Of a stretch of DNA of 64,000 nucleotides, positions 12,328 to 23,875 are shown in pieces. The notes beneath the pieces are model-generated. The model was not told the DNA's origin. It searched no databases and was given only the letters and a program-made list of their open reading frames with translations. Each line of letters begins with the position of its first letter. Position 1 is the first letter of the stretch. Position numbers and translations under genes: made by a program. Source of the stretch: Monocercomonoides exilis PA203 (Eukaryota > Protista > Preaxostyla); the NCBI GenBank assembly GCA_001643675.2, contig LSRY02000014.1:310001-374000 (forward strand). The letters are read 5' to 3'.

Positions 12328-13075
12328 TTCTCCTTGTTCTTTGTGACAAGTGTGAAGCAGAGCTTCCCTGTCTCCGCTCTGTTCTGGCCTGCAACATTGG
12401 CTTAATCCTCTCCAGCTGCTCTGTGGTCAATAACGGATCATCCTTTTCTTCTTGAAGTGTTTTGGCGGCCTTGAAACCGAATCTGGCTTGAATGCGCATG
12501 TGGCGAGCCGCTTGGAGAGCTGCGACTGTAAGCATCATTGCATCTTCCTGGTGTTGTTGTGCTTCTTCTGTTGTCCCTCGTGTTGCCATCAACATCGCTT
12601 TCAAAGCGGGCATTAATAAAGATTCCACATTATACGCTCCTTCGTCTAAAGCATCGGAGAACCAACTTTGCGATCGCGAATGTGGATGAGTCGTAGCAGG
12701 CAGGAACTGGGGGACCGATAAGGATTCGTAATCTCGTAATGTCTGGAGTAGATCTCCTTGATCAACACGATAAGCAAATATTGTACTCTGCAAGTTTTCT
12801 CCAAAGTATAATTTAGCTGCCTCTAATAGAGGTTGTGTTGGGGAATGAGGCAAGCCAACTGAACTAGTTGATGTTGAGGTTGTCGAGGTTGTTGAGGACA
12901 TAGCTGACATGGCTGGGAATTGGGATCCTGGGGCCTCTGTTGTTGGAATGGAGATGGGAGGCGCCATTCCCATACCGCCTGTAGGTCCGCTTTGCGGGAA
13001 TATCCCGCTCAGTCCCGACGCAGGTCCTTCCAACAAAGTTGTCATCTTTCGAATTTTGTGATCGGCTGAGCCCAT
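12239..13075 (-). CDS. Element A ORF1, gag-like (278 aa)
   Basis: First ORF of the element, with its ATG inside the 5' ITR. Shares ARxxRIQARFGFxxA and a C-terminal FFR motif with element B ORF1; basic Arg/Ser-rich tail. Confidence 0.8.
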   Translation of the reverse strand: MGSADHKIRKMTTLLEGPASGLSGIFPQSGPTGGMGMAPPISIPTTEAPGSQFPAMSAMSSTTSTTSTSTSSVGLPHSPTQPLLEAAKLYFGENLQSTIFAYRVDQGDLLQTLRDYESLSVPQFLPATTHPHSRSQSWFSDALDEGAYNVESLLMPALKAMLMATRGTTEEAQQHQEDAMMLTVAALQAARHMRIQARFGFKAAKTLQEEKDDPLLTTEQLERIKPMLQARTERRQGSSASHLSQRTRRIGSWKSRSTSSGTGRSTRAASRSNFFRRK

Positions 13076-13474
13076 AATGCAGAGCTCACTCCCTTAATAA
13101 AGAGGTGTTGTAGATAACGGTTTTTCTCTAGAATTAAGGTACTTTGTACTTTAAATTAGAATCATTTCTGTAAGAAAGAGCTTTATCCATTTTTCTCATC
13201 TTATTTAAAAAATTTCAAAAAATTTTTAATATTGAAATATCACTCAATAGTGTTTTTATGAGGAATAATATTTCTATTTATTAAAAAAATCTGAAACAAA
13301 CAACTACAAATTCCTTTTTGTTTTTGCTGTTCAATAATTTTTGATTTTATTTCAAAATTTGATGAGTTTGAAAAAAAAAAAAAAATGATAAACATCCGTG
13401 GACCAAAAACAAATACCAGTTATTTAATTGGTCTTTAAAATTTTTTGGAAATGAATTATATAATATTTTTTTTC

Positions 13475-16400
13475 ATGTTTTCTTTCGCTGATTCAGAAGC
13501 AGAAGATGATCAACTTCACATTCCTTCTGTATGCACATTAACTAATGCATTATTTACGCTTCTTCTATAATTTGCATGGACTAATTTTAAAATGCTGAAC
13601 AAATGTGTTCAGGCTTTTTTCAGAGCTGATTTTGACCTGACGAAAGAAAGAGATTTTGCCTCTGTTTTATCATTGTCACCATCATATTCTTTAGAGGGGA
13701 GCTCAATTGTTTCAGAAAAGGTGTGCAGTGTCTGTGTATTATTTATTTTAGGTTTTAATTTCGTTTCCATATAACTTTGTCTGTTCGTTTAATTACGTGT
13801 AATAAGCTTTTGAATTATATTGATCAGATTGAAGTGAGTATTGTGAAAACTCTTTCGAAGCGGAAAGAGTTTTATTTGTCAACAATGGACAATTTTTCTG
13901 TGTTAGAAGCAGAAATTGCCTCGACAATAAGTTCTCTCTCAACATTTAGGTTGCCTATGATTAATAAACGATTAAAACACGCATTTTCCGTTTCATTTTG
14001 TTTATTAATTTTATGAAAAGACAAACTTTGAAAAAAGCAGATGCTGAACTTTTTCAGGGCGGGATTGACATTGCAAAGTTGCACAAGAGAAAGGCACACA
14101 TGCAACAACTAACTGAAGTGGTTTGACATGCTATTTGATATTTCTCTCCAACTTTTACAAATTTTCTTTTCTTTTCTTTTTCTTTGTTCGTCTCTTTTTT
14201 TCGATTGAAATAGATGTCTCATATGCTGATAGTTAAGAATTCGGTTTATCAAATCGAGAAAAAAAGGCAAGAGGGAGATTACATATCGTTTGCTGATTGG
14301 CATTTTTATTTGTGTTTTTTTTTTCAAGCAGTGTACGTGATTACTAACAACATTCTGTTTAGAGTTATTCATCTTGCAGAATCAACGCGAGATATGATTC
14401 AAGCTGAACTGTTTTCGTGCAATCAGCTTCGTTCAATAACAACAAAAATCGACAAAATTTTGGATGAAATCAGTTCAAATCTTAAGCAGAAAGTTATCTC
14501 AGCATCATTACCTCTGTTTATTCCCTCCGATTTCCGGATTTCTTTTGTGAATCTTCCAACTTTCTTCTTTTCTTCTGAAATGTTTTTTGCTTCTGTCGCC
14601 GAACTGAGGGCAAGAGGTGTCGGAAGTGCGAGCACAGGCGCTGCTTCTGCAACTGTCACGTCAAACGCGTCTTCTTCTTCTTCTCTTCTTTCGCCTCTTT
14701 CAATTTCTTCGCTTCATCTGCCGTCGTCTTTGCCTTCTTCTTCCTCATTCTCTTCCTCCTCTTCTTCTTCGTTCCAACGGGCAGATGCTCTTTCGTCATC
14801 TGCTTCAGCTCAGCTGGCATTGTCTTCACAGCAGATTGTCACAGATGACACTTTGTCTTCCATCATTTCTCTTCTTGTTCAGTTTGCTCCTTCCTCTTCC
14901 TCTTCCTCTTCTTCTTCTTCTTCTTCATCCTCTTCTTCTCCTCTGCCAGTCTTCGTTTCTCAGCTGTTTTCGATGGATGCTCTTCGTCTTTTCCTCACTT
15001 CATTCATTCGCCTTCTTCCAAACACAGATTTTTCTGCAGCGTTCCACAAGTCTGCCTCGCAAGTCGTCAAACAGGACATGACGATGCTGCTGATTGAGGA
15101 GTACAGCTCCTTTCTTCAGGCACACCCGCACTTCAAAGAAGAAATGGAGATGAAGAAGAAGATCGAGGCAGACCAGGCGCGGATGCTGGCTGCGTTGGGG
15201 ACTGCTTCTCCGTCTGGAACACCTTCTGCCTCACAAACATCGCTTTCTGCAAACTCCATTCTGAATGCTTCTTCGCCAACATCCTCTTCTTCTGCTACCA
15301 CTTCGCCTTCTTCTTCTGCTCTTTCTCCTTCTCCTTCTTTTTCGTCTGATGCTTCGTCTTCTGCCGATCGCTACGGCTCGATTTCTTCCACTTCATTGCC
15401 ACGTCACTCAGCACAAGCATCTCTTTCCTCCTCTTCTTCTTCTTCCACTTCCTCTTCAGCAGCTGCAAGCAGCTTGGCTTCTTCGCAGCATTCATCTCAG
15501 AGAGGAAGAGCCAACTCTTCTGCTTTGTCATCATCATCATCTTCTTCTTCTTCTTCTCTTCCCTCTTCTTCTCCTTTTGCAGCTGTTTCTGCTTCGACTG
15601 TCTCGACAGACAGAGTCATCAACAGAGAGCGTTCTTCGTCTCCATCTCTTCGCAACCACTCAAACACAGCCACACCTTCTTCACCTGCTTCTCTTTCATC
15701 ATCATCATCATCATCATCATCTTCCTCTTCTTCCTCTTCCTCTTTGCCTTATTCAACCTCTTCTTCGTCTTCTTCTTCGTCTCCTCCTTCAAACAACGAT
15801 GTGAAGAAGATGATTTCTGCGATGAATTCATCAGAATTCCAGCAGTTTCTGTCGAAAGTGAGTCGCATTTTTATCAATCGGATGACTTTGCTTGTCTTCT
15901 TCGGGAAGCTTGTGAAGGCAGCAGCAGAAGAAGAAGTGATCCGGCGGCTGCTGATTGCGTATGAGAAGAGAAGGAAAGAGATCAGAGAAGAAGAAGAAGA
16001 GAAGATGGAGAGAGAGCGGAAGGAGAGAGAAGAGAAAGAGGAGCTGCGGCTGGCCAATGAGGAGATGCTGAAGATGGAAGGGATGGAGAAGGGGAGAATG
16101 GAGGAAAGAGAAAGAGAAAGAGAAAGAAGCAGAAGAGGAGAGGGAAAGGAAAAGAAGAGCTTCTTTGATGATGCCAATGAGGAAGATGAATATATCAGCA
16201 GAAGAGAAAGAAAAGATTTGGAGAAAACAGCAAAAAGAGAGAAAGAAGATGGGAAGAAGAAAGCGTCAACATCTGGATCGAAAGAAAACACTGAAAAACG
16301 CTCTTTTTTGGAGTCCTTTAAAGAGAGGATGAAGGGATTCTCTAACTCCTCCTCATCAGCCTCAGCTTCGTTCTCGTCTTCTTCATTTGGTGCTTCAAAC

Positions 16401-19174
16401 TCACTTGAACTTTCTTCTTCTTCTTCTTCTTCTCTTTCCTCTTCCTCCTCTTCCTCTTCCATCAACACTTCAGACTCACCTAACAAAGAAAAGCAGAAAT
16501 TGCAGTCAAACGCCCATTCCCGTCCAAAAGCGACCGCATCGTCTTCTCCTTCTTCAAACAGGCGTCTTTCCGCGTCTGCGCCGTCTTCGCTGGAGCAGCT
16601 GCATTCATCTCTTGTCAGTCTCCACTCGTTCCTGATTGCGCTGTCGTCTTCGATCTTGTCGCTGTTTGCTCTCATCAAAGACCGCATCAACACAGTCATT
16701 TCAGCGCGGGAGCCGTATTTCAAAGAGAAGAGGCACGTGAACGAAAGCGGGTTGGCGTCGCTGATTCAGATAGCGCGGTCTGTGCGGATCTTTGAGCGGG
16801 CAGAGAAGAGCGGAAGGGAAGAGATGGAGGAGGTGGAGAAGGGGGTGATGGGGATATACCAGATGACAAGGATGTTTGTGGAGAAGTGGGGCAAAAAGGA
16901 AAACGAGGAAAAGAAAGTCGACTTTGAGAAGACTGATGCTGATGCTGATGCTGATGAGAAGAAGGAAGAGAAGGAAGAGAAGGAAGAGAAGGAAGAAATG
17001 AGCAGAAAATTGGCTGATGACTCGTCTGCTTCCTCTTCTTTGACAGACACTTCTTTGTCTTCAGCTCAGTCATCGTCTTGTCCTTCGTCTTATCTTGTGT
17101 CACTTGTTACTCTTCTTCACTCTTCATTCACTTCAATCTTTCCTCAGCTGTCCTCAATTCGCCAGTCCACTTTTTCCTCATCATCGTCCTATTCATCATC
17201 ATCTCTCCTTTCTTCTTCGCCTTCTCCTTCTTCGCTGCCTTCGCCAACTGCTTCTTCGTCTTCTTCTTCGAATTCTTCCCTTTTTGCCCATCTTCACTCT
17301 GTTGTCACCAACTTCCTGACTGTTATGCATCAGATGCAGCTGAAGGCGCTGACGGAGGCCTTTCGCGAGGACAGATGGGTTCAAGCAGAGGAAATCGAAG
17401 AGGAGACGCAAGAGATGATAAGAGAGATTGTGAAGAATGGAAGAAGCAGCAGCGAAAAGAAGAAGAAGAAGAAGAATAAGAGCAAAAAGAGCAAAGAGAA
17501 GGAGAAGAAAAAGAAGAAGGCAGAAAAAGAAGGAGAAGAAGGAGAGCAACACACAGAAGAAAAAGTACATGATGAGAACGACGATGAGGACGAAGAACAA
17601 GATGAAGACGACGAAGACATTGGTGACGAGTTTTTGGAGTGGCTGAATTCAGGGGAGGCAAAACAGACAGCTGCACCAGCATCTTCATTGGCAAGAGCAT
17701 CAGAATCGCCATCTTTGCCTATGAATTCTTCTCCTTCTTCGTCTTCTCTCACAAAAAAGAGTGTTCGCAGCAAGCTGCTTTTGATTTCTGGAGTGCCATT
17801 TTGTGTCTTCCAGTGGATGCAACAGTTCATCTCATTCGTTTTCATCAATTTGGGAGGACTGGGCTTGTCTTCCTCGTCAGACTCAGCAGCTCTTCCCTCT
17901 GCTGTTTCATCTGCATCGTCTTCTTCTTTTCTGCTGCTTCTTCTTTCGCACATCACAGATTTATTTCTGCTCTCAAACAATCTTCTGCGGCAGGCGATTC
18001 TTCAGGCGCAGATCACTTCACTCGACAAAAGCATCAAACTTGTGTCGACCAGCCACATTGCCATTGCCCACCAGTGTGTCAGTGCAATGAAGATGCTTTT
18101 GCCTTATGTGAGAGTGATTGTGAGGGCAGAATGGCTGAGAGAGAAAAAGAAGGAAAGAGCTCGAAAGACGCAAAAGAGTTCATTGGTGAATAAAAAAGAT
18201 GAGAAAGAGAAAGAGAAAGAGAAAGAAAAGGAGAAAGAAAAGTTGCTGTTCAAGTCATTTGATTCACTGGAGGAGCAGTTGACGAGCCATGCAAATGAAT
18301 TGGAGGAAAAAATCATATTCATCGCTGGAGAGGCTGTGAGACAGCAAATCGTTCAACTAAATGTTTGCAAAGACGATAATGTGATGAATTGAACGATTGA
18401 ATATTTTTATATTTTATTTTTGCTTTTGTTTATTATTCAACTTTTGCTGTGCTTTTGATTCTAATTGTCTCTATTGATTTCTATTGTTATTTCTCGATAT
18501 GTTAAATCGACTAAACAGCTATCGTCTTTATTTCCTGCCTCTTCGAATCGTTTGCTTCCGATTTCAATTGCTCCATCCTCTTCTTCTTCCGCTGCATCAT
18601 CTGCGAATGGAACAACATATCCTGTTGCTCCACCAGAATCAATGGTGATTGCCGTTCAGCGACTGACTGATTTATCCCGCTCGTTGAATGTGATATTGCC
18701 AAAAGATCTGAAAAAGGTATTGACGAAACAGCAAACAACATTCTTTGATTTCAGAATTTTTAATTGTTTCTTTCTTTTCTTTTCTTTTCTTTTTTTTAAA
18801 AATTTTCAAATCATTAATTTTTCAAAACCTCTTCTTTATACTGTTTCTTTCCAATGCTATTATTTATCAGAGCATAATGCATAAATCCACCATTCGAGCA
18901 CTTGAAATTATAACCGAAACAATGCAAAGACAGATTAGTTCAATAAATACTCAACAAAAAAAATCTGCACAAAAATTGTATGAACTGTACTTCATTGCTT
19001 TCGATTTAATTTTTAAAAATTTCCCTTTTTTAAAAAATTCATGCTATTAATGATAGTTTGTCTGATTGCATAGACTATCTGCACATTGCTCTGCAACAAC
19101 ACATGAAGGACGATGATAAAAGGGATGTGAAGAAGGAATTAACAAAAGCATTTTTGTCACAACCAATAGTATAA
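13475..19174 (+). CDS. VPS54: GARP complex subunit Vps54-like protein, multi-exon, expanded by Ser-rich and Glu/Lys-rich insertions; ends approximate
   Basis: N-terminal LLNYIDQIEVSIVKTLSKRKEFYLSTMDNF...GGIDIAKLHKRK and C-terminal NNLLRQAIL...SIKLVSTSHIAIAHQCVSAMKMLLPYVR...FDSLEEQLTSHANELEEKII resemble Vps54 conserved blocks as I recall them. Most of the coding sequence lies in ORF 14214-18392. Confidence 0.65.
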
Positions 19175-19450
19175 TGTTGAAGCATGTTCAGAAAATTCGG
19201 ATATTGCCACTCAAAATAATAAGGAACTCATGAAGAAAAAAATTTCTGGTATCTATTCGTTTTTCTTGGACCACTTTTGATAAATTGAATCCTTGATTCT
19301 CAGCATTTCCCCGAACTTACAACAACATGTTTCAGAACTTTTTATCAACAACTTTTCCATGATTATTAATGCCAAATTTATTTGTTTTGAACTGCTTTCC
19401 ATAAAGAAATGTGCTGTTTTTCAGTAAATCAGAAACTGATGAGCTCCGAT

Positions 19451-19585
19451 TTTTCTTTTGTTTTCGATGATGGATTAAATGACATGGGATAAGATATTTT
19501 TTTTGAGTCTCATCAGCCAAGTGGATTGTGAAATCCATCGAAAAATCAATGTGCATTCAAAAACTGACAAGGAGAAACTTATTGA
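19451..19585 (-). repeat. Distal part of repeat copy 2 (3' flank of the receptor gene), cut off by the element B insertion
   Basis: Reverse complement matches ~992-1124. Confidence 0.9.
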
Positions 19586-19695
19586 TCAAAGCGCAAGCAC
19601 TTTGATTTAAAAGAAAACATTCTCTCACTTCCTTCTCTTCTATTTACGAGAGAGAGATCATCACTTAAGGGTCAGTCACGATCACTGATCTAAAA

Positions 19696-20535
19696 ATGAT
19701 GATCCCTAACAATCCTCTGGGAACAGGACTTGCGGCCGAACCGAGCGCAGCTGCGCTGCCTGGTGGTCCAACAAGCGGGTTTCCGACATTTCCCGGACCC
19801 TTTTCCGCTTCCCAACCTTCTTCTATTTCATCCTCACTCTCCCCACCTTCTACCACCCTTGGCGAAGAAAAAGAAGAAGAAATTACACTGGAAAATTCGT
19901 TTCTTAAAATATTTGGTAGAGCACCGGAATTATCGTTATATGATCTTCCATTACCGGAACAGGAGATAAATGACTTGGTTGCTTCGTTGAAGACAGAAGA
20001 CTTATCCCCTTTCCTCCCTAATGCGCCTCCACCTTTTGTAAGGACTACCAGTCCGTACAAAGACGCCTTAGATCAAGCAGGAGAAAGATGTGAGACGTTT
20101 CTTTACCCCGCAATGAAACTTATTTTATTTGCCCATACGAAAACAAAAGATGATGAAGCTCAGAGTGCCGTAGCGCAAGCATGTTTACTGCTTGCACAAG
20201 CCTTGAAAGAAGCCAGAAACGCTCGCATCCAAGCGAGATTTGGATTTACCGAAGCAGCGAGAATGAAAGAGGATTCAGCATCACCGCTCCTAACGAAAAG
20301 GCAAAGTGATTTATTGGAAGAGGTCAGGAAAACCTCACAATCAACAGCGAAAAGATGGACTTCGTTCTCATTTAATTCCAAATCCTTTGGCAAAAGCAGA
20401 TATGGAAAACATGAAAGCTACCAACGCCCTCGGTTTTTTCGTTCGGGTCCCCGGTCGTGGGCAGGGAGAAAAACCTCAAATACATACCGCAGAAGTCCTT
20501 CTCAAACGCGATCCAGGGGAACGGGAACCAACTAA
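19696..20535 (+). CDS. Element B ORF1, gag-like (279 aa)
   Basis: Position in the element, plus ARNARIQARFGFTEAA and FFR motifs shared with element A ORF1. Confidence 0.8.
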   Translation: MMIPNNPLGTGLAAEPSAAALPGGPTSGFPTFPGPFSASQPSSISSSLSPPSTTLGEEKEEEITLENSFLKIFGRAPELSLYDLPLPEQEINDLVASLKTEDLSPFLPNAPPPFVRTTSPYKDALDQAGERCETFLYPAMKLILFAHTKTKDDEAQSAVAQACLLLAQALKEARNARIQARFGFTEAARMKEDSASPLLTKRQSDLLEEVRKTSQSTAKRWTSFSFNSKSFGKSRYGKHESYQRPRFFRSGPRSWAGRKTSNTYRRSPSQTRSRGTGTN

Positions 20536-23500
20536 GCCAGTCACCTTCAATTGTTGGAGGAAGAACGGAATATTTTCGAGAAGCGTGGAGAATGATAGAT
20601 GGAGAGAAGTTGGTAAAAAGAGGCGTCATTCCAATTTGGAAAAACAGGATAGCCAGGGAGAAATTACTAAACTCAAAAATGGAAACATACAGCCCCCATC
20701 AATCAGGGGAAGCAACCAAAGCGATGGCAAAGCTGATCCAGAATCAGCTCGAAACGAACATAATACAAAAAATACAGAAAAGAAAGGTGAAACATTTAAA
20801 TCCAGTGTTTGTGATAAAGAAAAAACAAGGGGGATGGAGACAAATTATCGATTGCAGAGCGTTGAACAATGCAACGAAGTCAATCCATTTCAAACTGGAG
20901 GATTACAGGTCACTAGAACGAATTATAACAAGAGGAGATTATGCAACAACTTTAGACCTAAGCCAGGCCTACTATTTAGTGAAAGTGGACGACAACTTCA
21001 AGCCGTTTCTTGCGTTCGAATTCAACGAAAATTACTACTGTTTCAACGGAATGCCATTTGGATACAAAGATTCTCCAAGAATCTTTACAAAAATCATGAG
21101 GAAGGTGATACAATTCATCCGGGAGCAATGGAACGTAAGAGCAATCGCGTACCTCGACGATATTATTCTTCTTCACCAAGACCAAAAGAAATTAAAATGG
21201 ATAACTCAGAAAGTCGTTTCTCTTTTCGAAAGCCTTGGTCTTCTGGTAAACACAGAAAAGAGTCATTTGATTCCCTCACAAACTTTCACCTATTTGGGTT
21301 TCGAGTGGAACACGCACCAGTTCAATGTAGCTCTGGAAATGATGAGAACGAAAGAACTTATAAAGGAATGTACCAGATGGAGGAGGAGGTCCCTCAGAGC
21401 GAAAGAAGTGAGAGTAAGAGACCTTGCAGCGTTCATTGGAAAGCTGAACGCTACAAGGTTCGTGGTTCGAGAAGCTTCTCTGTTTCTCTCAGATCTTTAT
21501 CGCACTTTAAACAAAATGGTTTCGATGGTGGGATGGAGAGGGAAGATGAGGATCAACCAGTCCATTCTCCCCAATCTAACCAAATGGATATCGAGGTTGA
21601 AAACCAACACGCCAAGACAACTATGCCCACTCTTTCTTCCAGATGCAACACTTACGACGGATGCTTCCAGAAAAGCTGTTGGAGCTTATTTAAGAATCGG
21701 AAACAGTATTTTGGATTTTCATCGCAGACTCCCCTATTGGCAACGAAATCAAAGTTCAAACTATCGGGAGATGTTCGCAATTTTGTCAGCTCTAACTCAC
21801 TTCTCCCCAATTCTGTTATCCAATCGCATCCACAAACTACTTATCAGATCGGACAACTCAACATCGGTGTTCAACCTGAACAGGTGGCGGGCAGGAGCGA
21901 ATTTGAGAAGACTCCTATTGAAGATTTGGAAACAAACGCACACGATGCAGATTCAAGTGAAAGCGCAACACATCCCCGGTCAAAGAAACGAAAGGGCCGA
22001 TTCTCTTTCCAGGCTAGAAAGGGGAGGCGACTATCAGATAAAGCAAGAATCCTACAAGGAGCTTGTAACGAAGATGAGATTGAACATAACGTTGGACGCT
22101 TTCGCCACAAAACAAAACAAGAAAGTGAGCAGATGGTGCGGGCCAGGAAGCCCGATAAACGAAGACGGTCTGCAGCAGCCTTGGCGAGGAGAGACAGTTC
22201 TTGCTCATCCTCCAATTCCTCTCATTCTTCCGACAATCAGGAAAATGATTCTCGAACGAGCTCGAGGTCTTCTCCTTCTTCCCGATTGGAAGGGACAAAT
22301 ATGGGAGCCGTTGTTGAAAAGAACGACCCATATAGAATGGATGTGGAAGAGCCAGAGCGAACTTCTTACCCCGGGACCATGGATGAAGAGGATGGATGCT
22401 TGCCTGCCACCAGGGAAGCTTCGAGTTGTACTGATGAATCCTTAGCGATCAATGGAGAACACTGGTTCAAAGGAGTTTTGCAAACAAGAGGATTTCCAAT
22501 GGATATATGTGATCTGTGCAAATCCAGTCTTTCGCCTTCGACGTGGCATGGGTACTTACTCAGTTATGCTCATTTCGGAGACCAGTGGACAAACTGCGGC
22601 TATGGTCTTTCTGTTGGAGATTGGTTCAATTGGGTCGTTAGATGTGCCGATGTTTTCCTTAAGCTTTTCAACAAGGGGCTGAAGGAGCAATCCCTTTGTA
22701 AAATACGAGCTGCCATCTCTCTCATTTCTCAATTATTATTCGAGAGAAGTTTGGGAGATTACCCGCTTATGAAGCTTCTCTTCCGATCATTTAAAAGATT
22801 GGAAAGGAGGAAGAAGAAAAATAAGCCTGATATATGGAACCCCAAAATACTTCTTGATTATATATCGGGGCTAGGCGAGAACGCGAACTTATCCTTCACT
22901 ACTCTCACGAAGAAAACAATTTGTCTTTGCATGCTATTCTCCGCCTGCCGGTTCACCGAGCTCGAGCGGATCAGTCTGAAAACATTCTGCAGTGAGAGAA
23001 GATTCAATTGCATTGGATACTTCGCTGAAAACAGGACCCGAAAGAACAGACATTATAATACCGTTTCTCACAGATACTCCTTCAATATGTCCTGCCTCAG
23101 CAGTGTGTGAATTGTGGTCCAGAATAAGCAAACTTCAAGACAACCCTGACCACTTGTTTATTAACGATCGCACAAAGATTCCACTTTCCGCAAGAGTGCT
23201 GAGAAAACTTGTTGCAAATCTCCTTCACGAGACAGGTATACCGAATTATTTTGGTCCTTACTCGATAAAGCATGCTTCAATATCTGCATTGACAATGGCT
23301 GGACTACCAATAGCGCAAGTGGCAAAGTTCGCAAGGCTGTCTCCACGAAGCGATACCATTATTAATTACTATTTTCAAAAGATATCGCCACATCCTGTGC
23401 GAAAGTGATTGCAGATCAAGCGGCTATTAATGCAACTTCCTCCCAGACCCAGTCATCACCTTTAAGTCTGCAAACCCTTCGCAAACCAAAAATTACCTTT

Positions 23501-23875
23501 GATGACAATTCAAGTTCAGAAGATATTGAGGACTCTTCGTCAACTGACGAAGAGCAAGATGAGGAGGACTACAGTCTGAACTCAAAGTCTGACAACATCG
23601 AGAGCGAAAAAGGAATCAGGATCAGGTTGGAAAAACCTAATCTGCAATATGACAACAAAAGCCAAACGATCTACAACGACGAAGAAGAACCATCAAAGCC
23701 AGACTACGTGGAGGAGCCAGACGAGAACAGTCATAAAGAGTATGAAAGAAGGAATTTTCGTGAGAAAAGACTAGTTGGAGAAGTTGTCCAGAAGAAAACA
23801 ATTGAGATAACAATTAAAACCAGAGCGCAAGCCAAACGTGAGCAACTCGAACAATTGCTGAGGGATGACAAATAA
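20306..23875 (+). CDS. Element B tyrosine recombinase ORF overlapping RT; two compensating frameshifts in A4 runs (22979-22982, 23377-23380)
   Basis: ORFs 20306-23110, 22992-23408 and 23405-23875 join as ...ACRFTELERISLKHSAVREDSIAL...CPASA...YSIKHAS...NYYFQKDIATSCAKVIAD..., colinear with element A YR. Confidence 0.8.
20415..22445 (+). CDS. Element B RT - RNase H - Dam-like methyltransferase, intact frame (no ATG before the VGGR motif)
   Basis: VGGR, LDLSQAY, MPFG, YLDD, TDAS, EMFA, SDN, HIPGQRNERADSLSR, LDAFA...DGL..PW...HPPIPLI. Confidence 0.92.
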   Translation, partial: KLPTPSVFSFGSPVVGREKNLKYIPQKSFSNAIQGNGNQLSQSPSIVGGRTEYFREAWRMIDGEKLVKRGVIPIWKNRIAREKLLNSKMETYSPHQSGEATKAMAKLIQNQLETNIIQKIQKRKVKHLNPVFVIKKKQGGWRQIIDCRALNNATKSIHFKLEDYRSLERIITRGDYATTLDLSQAYYLVKVDDNFKPFLAFEFNENYYCFNGMPFGYKDSPRIFTKIMRKVIQFIREQWNVRAIAYLDDIILLHQDQKKLKWITQKVVSLFESLGLLVNTEKSHLIPSQTFTYLGFEWNTHQFNVALEMMRTKELIKECTRWRRRSLRAKEVRVRDLAAFIGKLNATRFVVREASLFLSDLYRTLNKMVSMVGWRGKMRINQSILPNLTKWISRLKTNTPRQLCPLFLPDATLTTDASRKAVGAYLRIGNSILDFHRRLPYWQRNQSSNYREMFAILSALTHFSPILLSNRIHKLLIRSDNSTSVFNLNRWRAGANLRRLLLKIWKQTHTMQIQVKAQHIPGQRNERADSLSRLERGGDYQIKQESYKELVTKMRLNITLDAFATKQNKKVSRWCGPGSPINEDGLQQPWRGETVLAHPPIPLILPTIRKMILERARGLLLLPDWKGQIWEPLLKRTTHIEWMWKSQSELLTPGPWMKRMDACLPPGKLRVVLMNP

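Larger units (their letters stand above)
8334..13154 (-). mobile_element. DIRS-type tyrosine-recombinase retrotransposon, element A (ITRs + ICR, structurally complete)
   Basis: 63-bp inverted repeat cores at 8350-8412 and 13054-13116 (1 mismatch); ICR at 8889-8990 complementary to both termini; gag-like, RT-RNaseH-MT and YR ORFs. Confidence 0.95.

Noticed and set aside
14423-18322. Many overlapping ORFs within VPS54
   Set aside because: Low-complexity shadow frames with no independent motifs.
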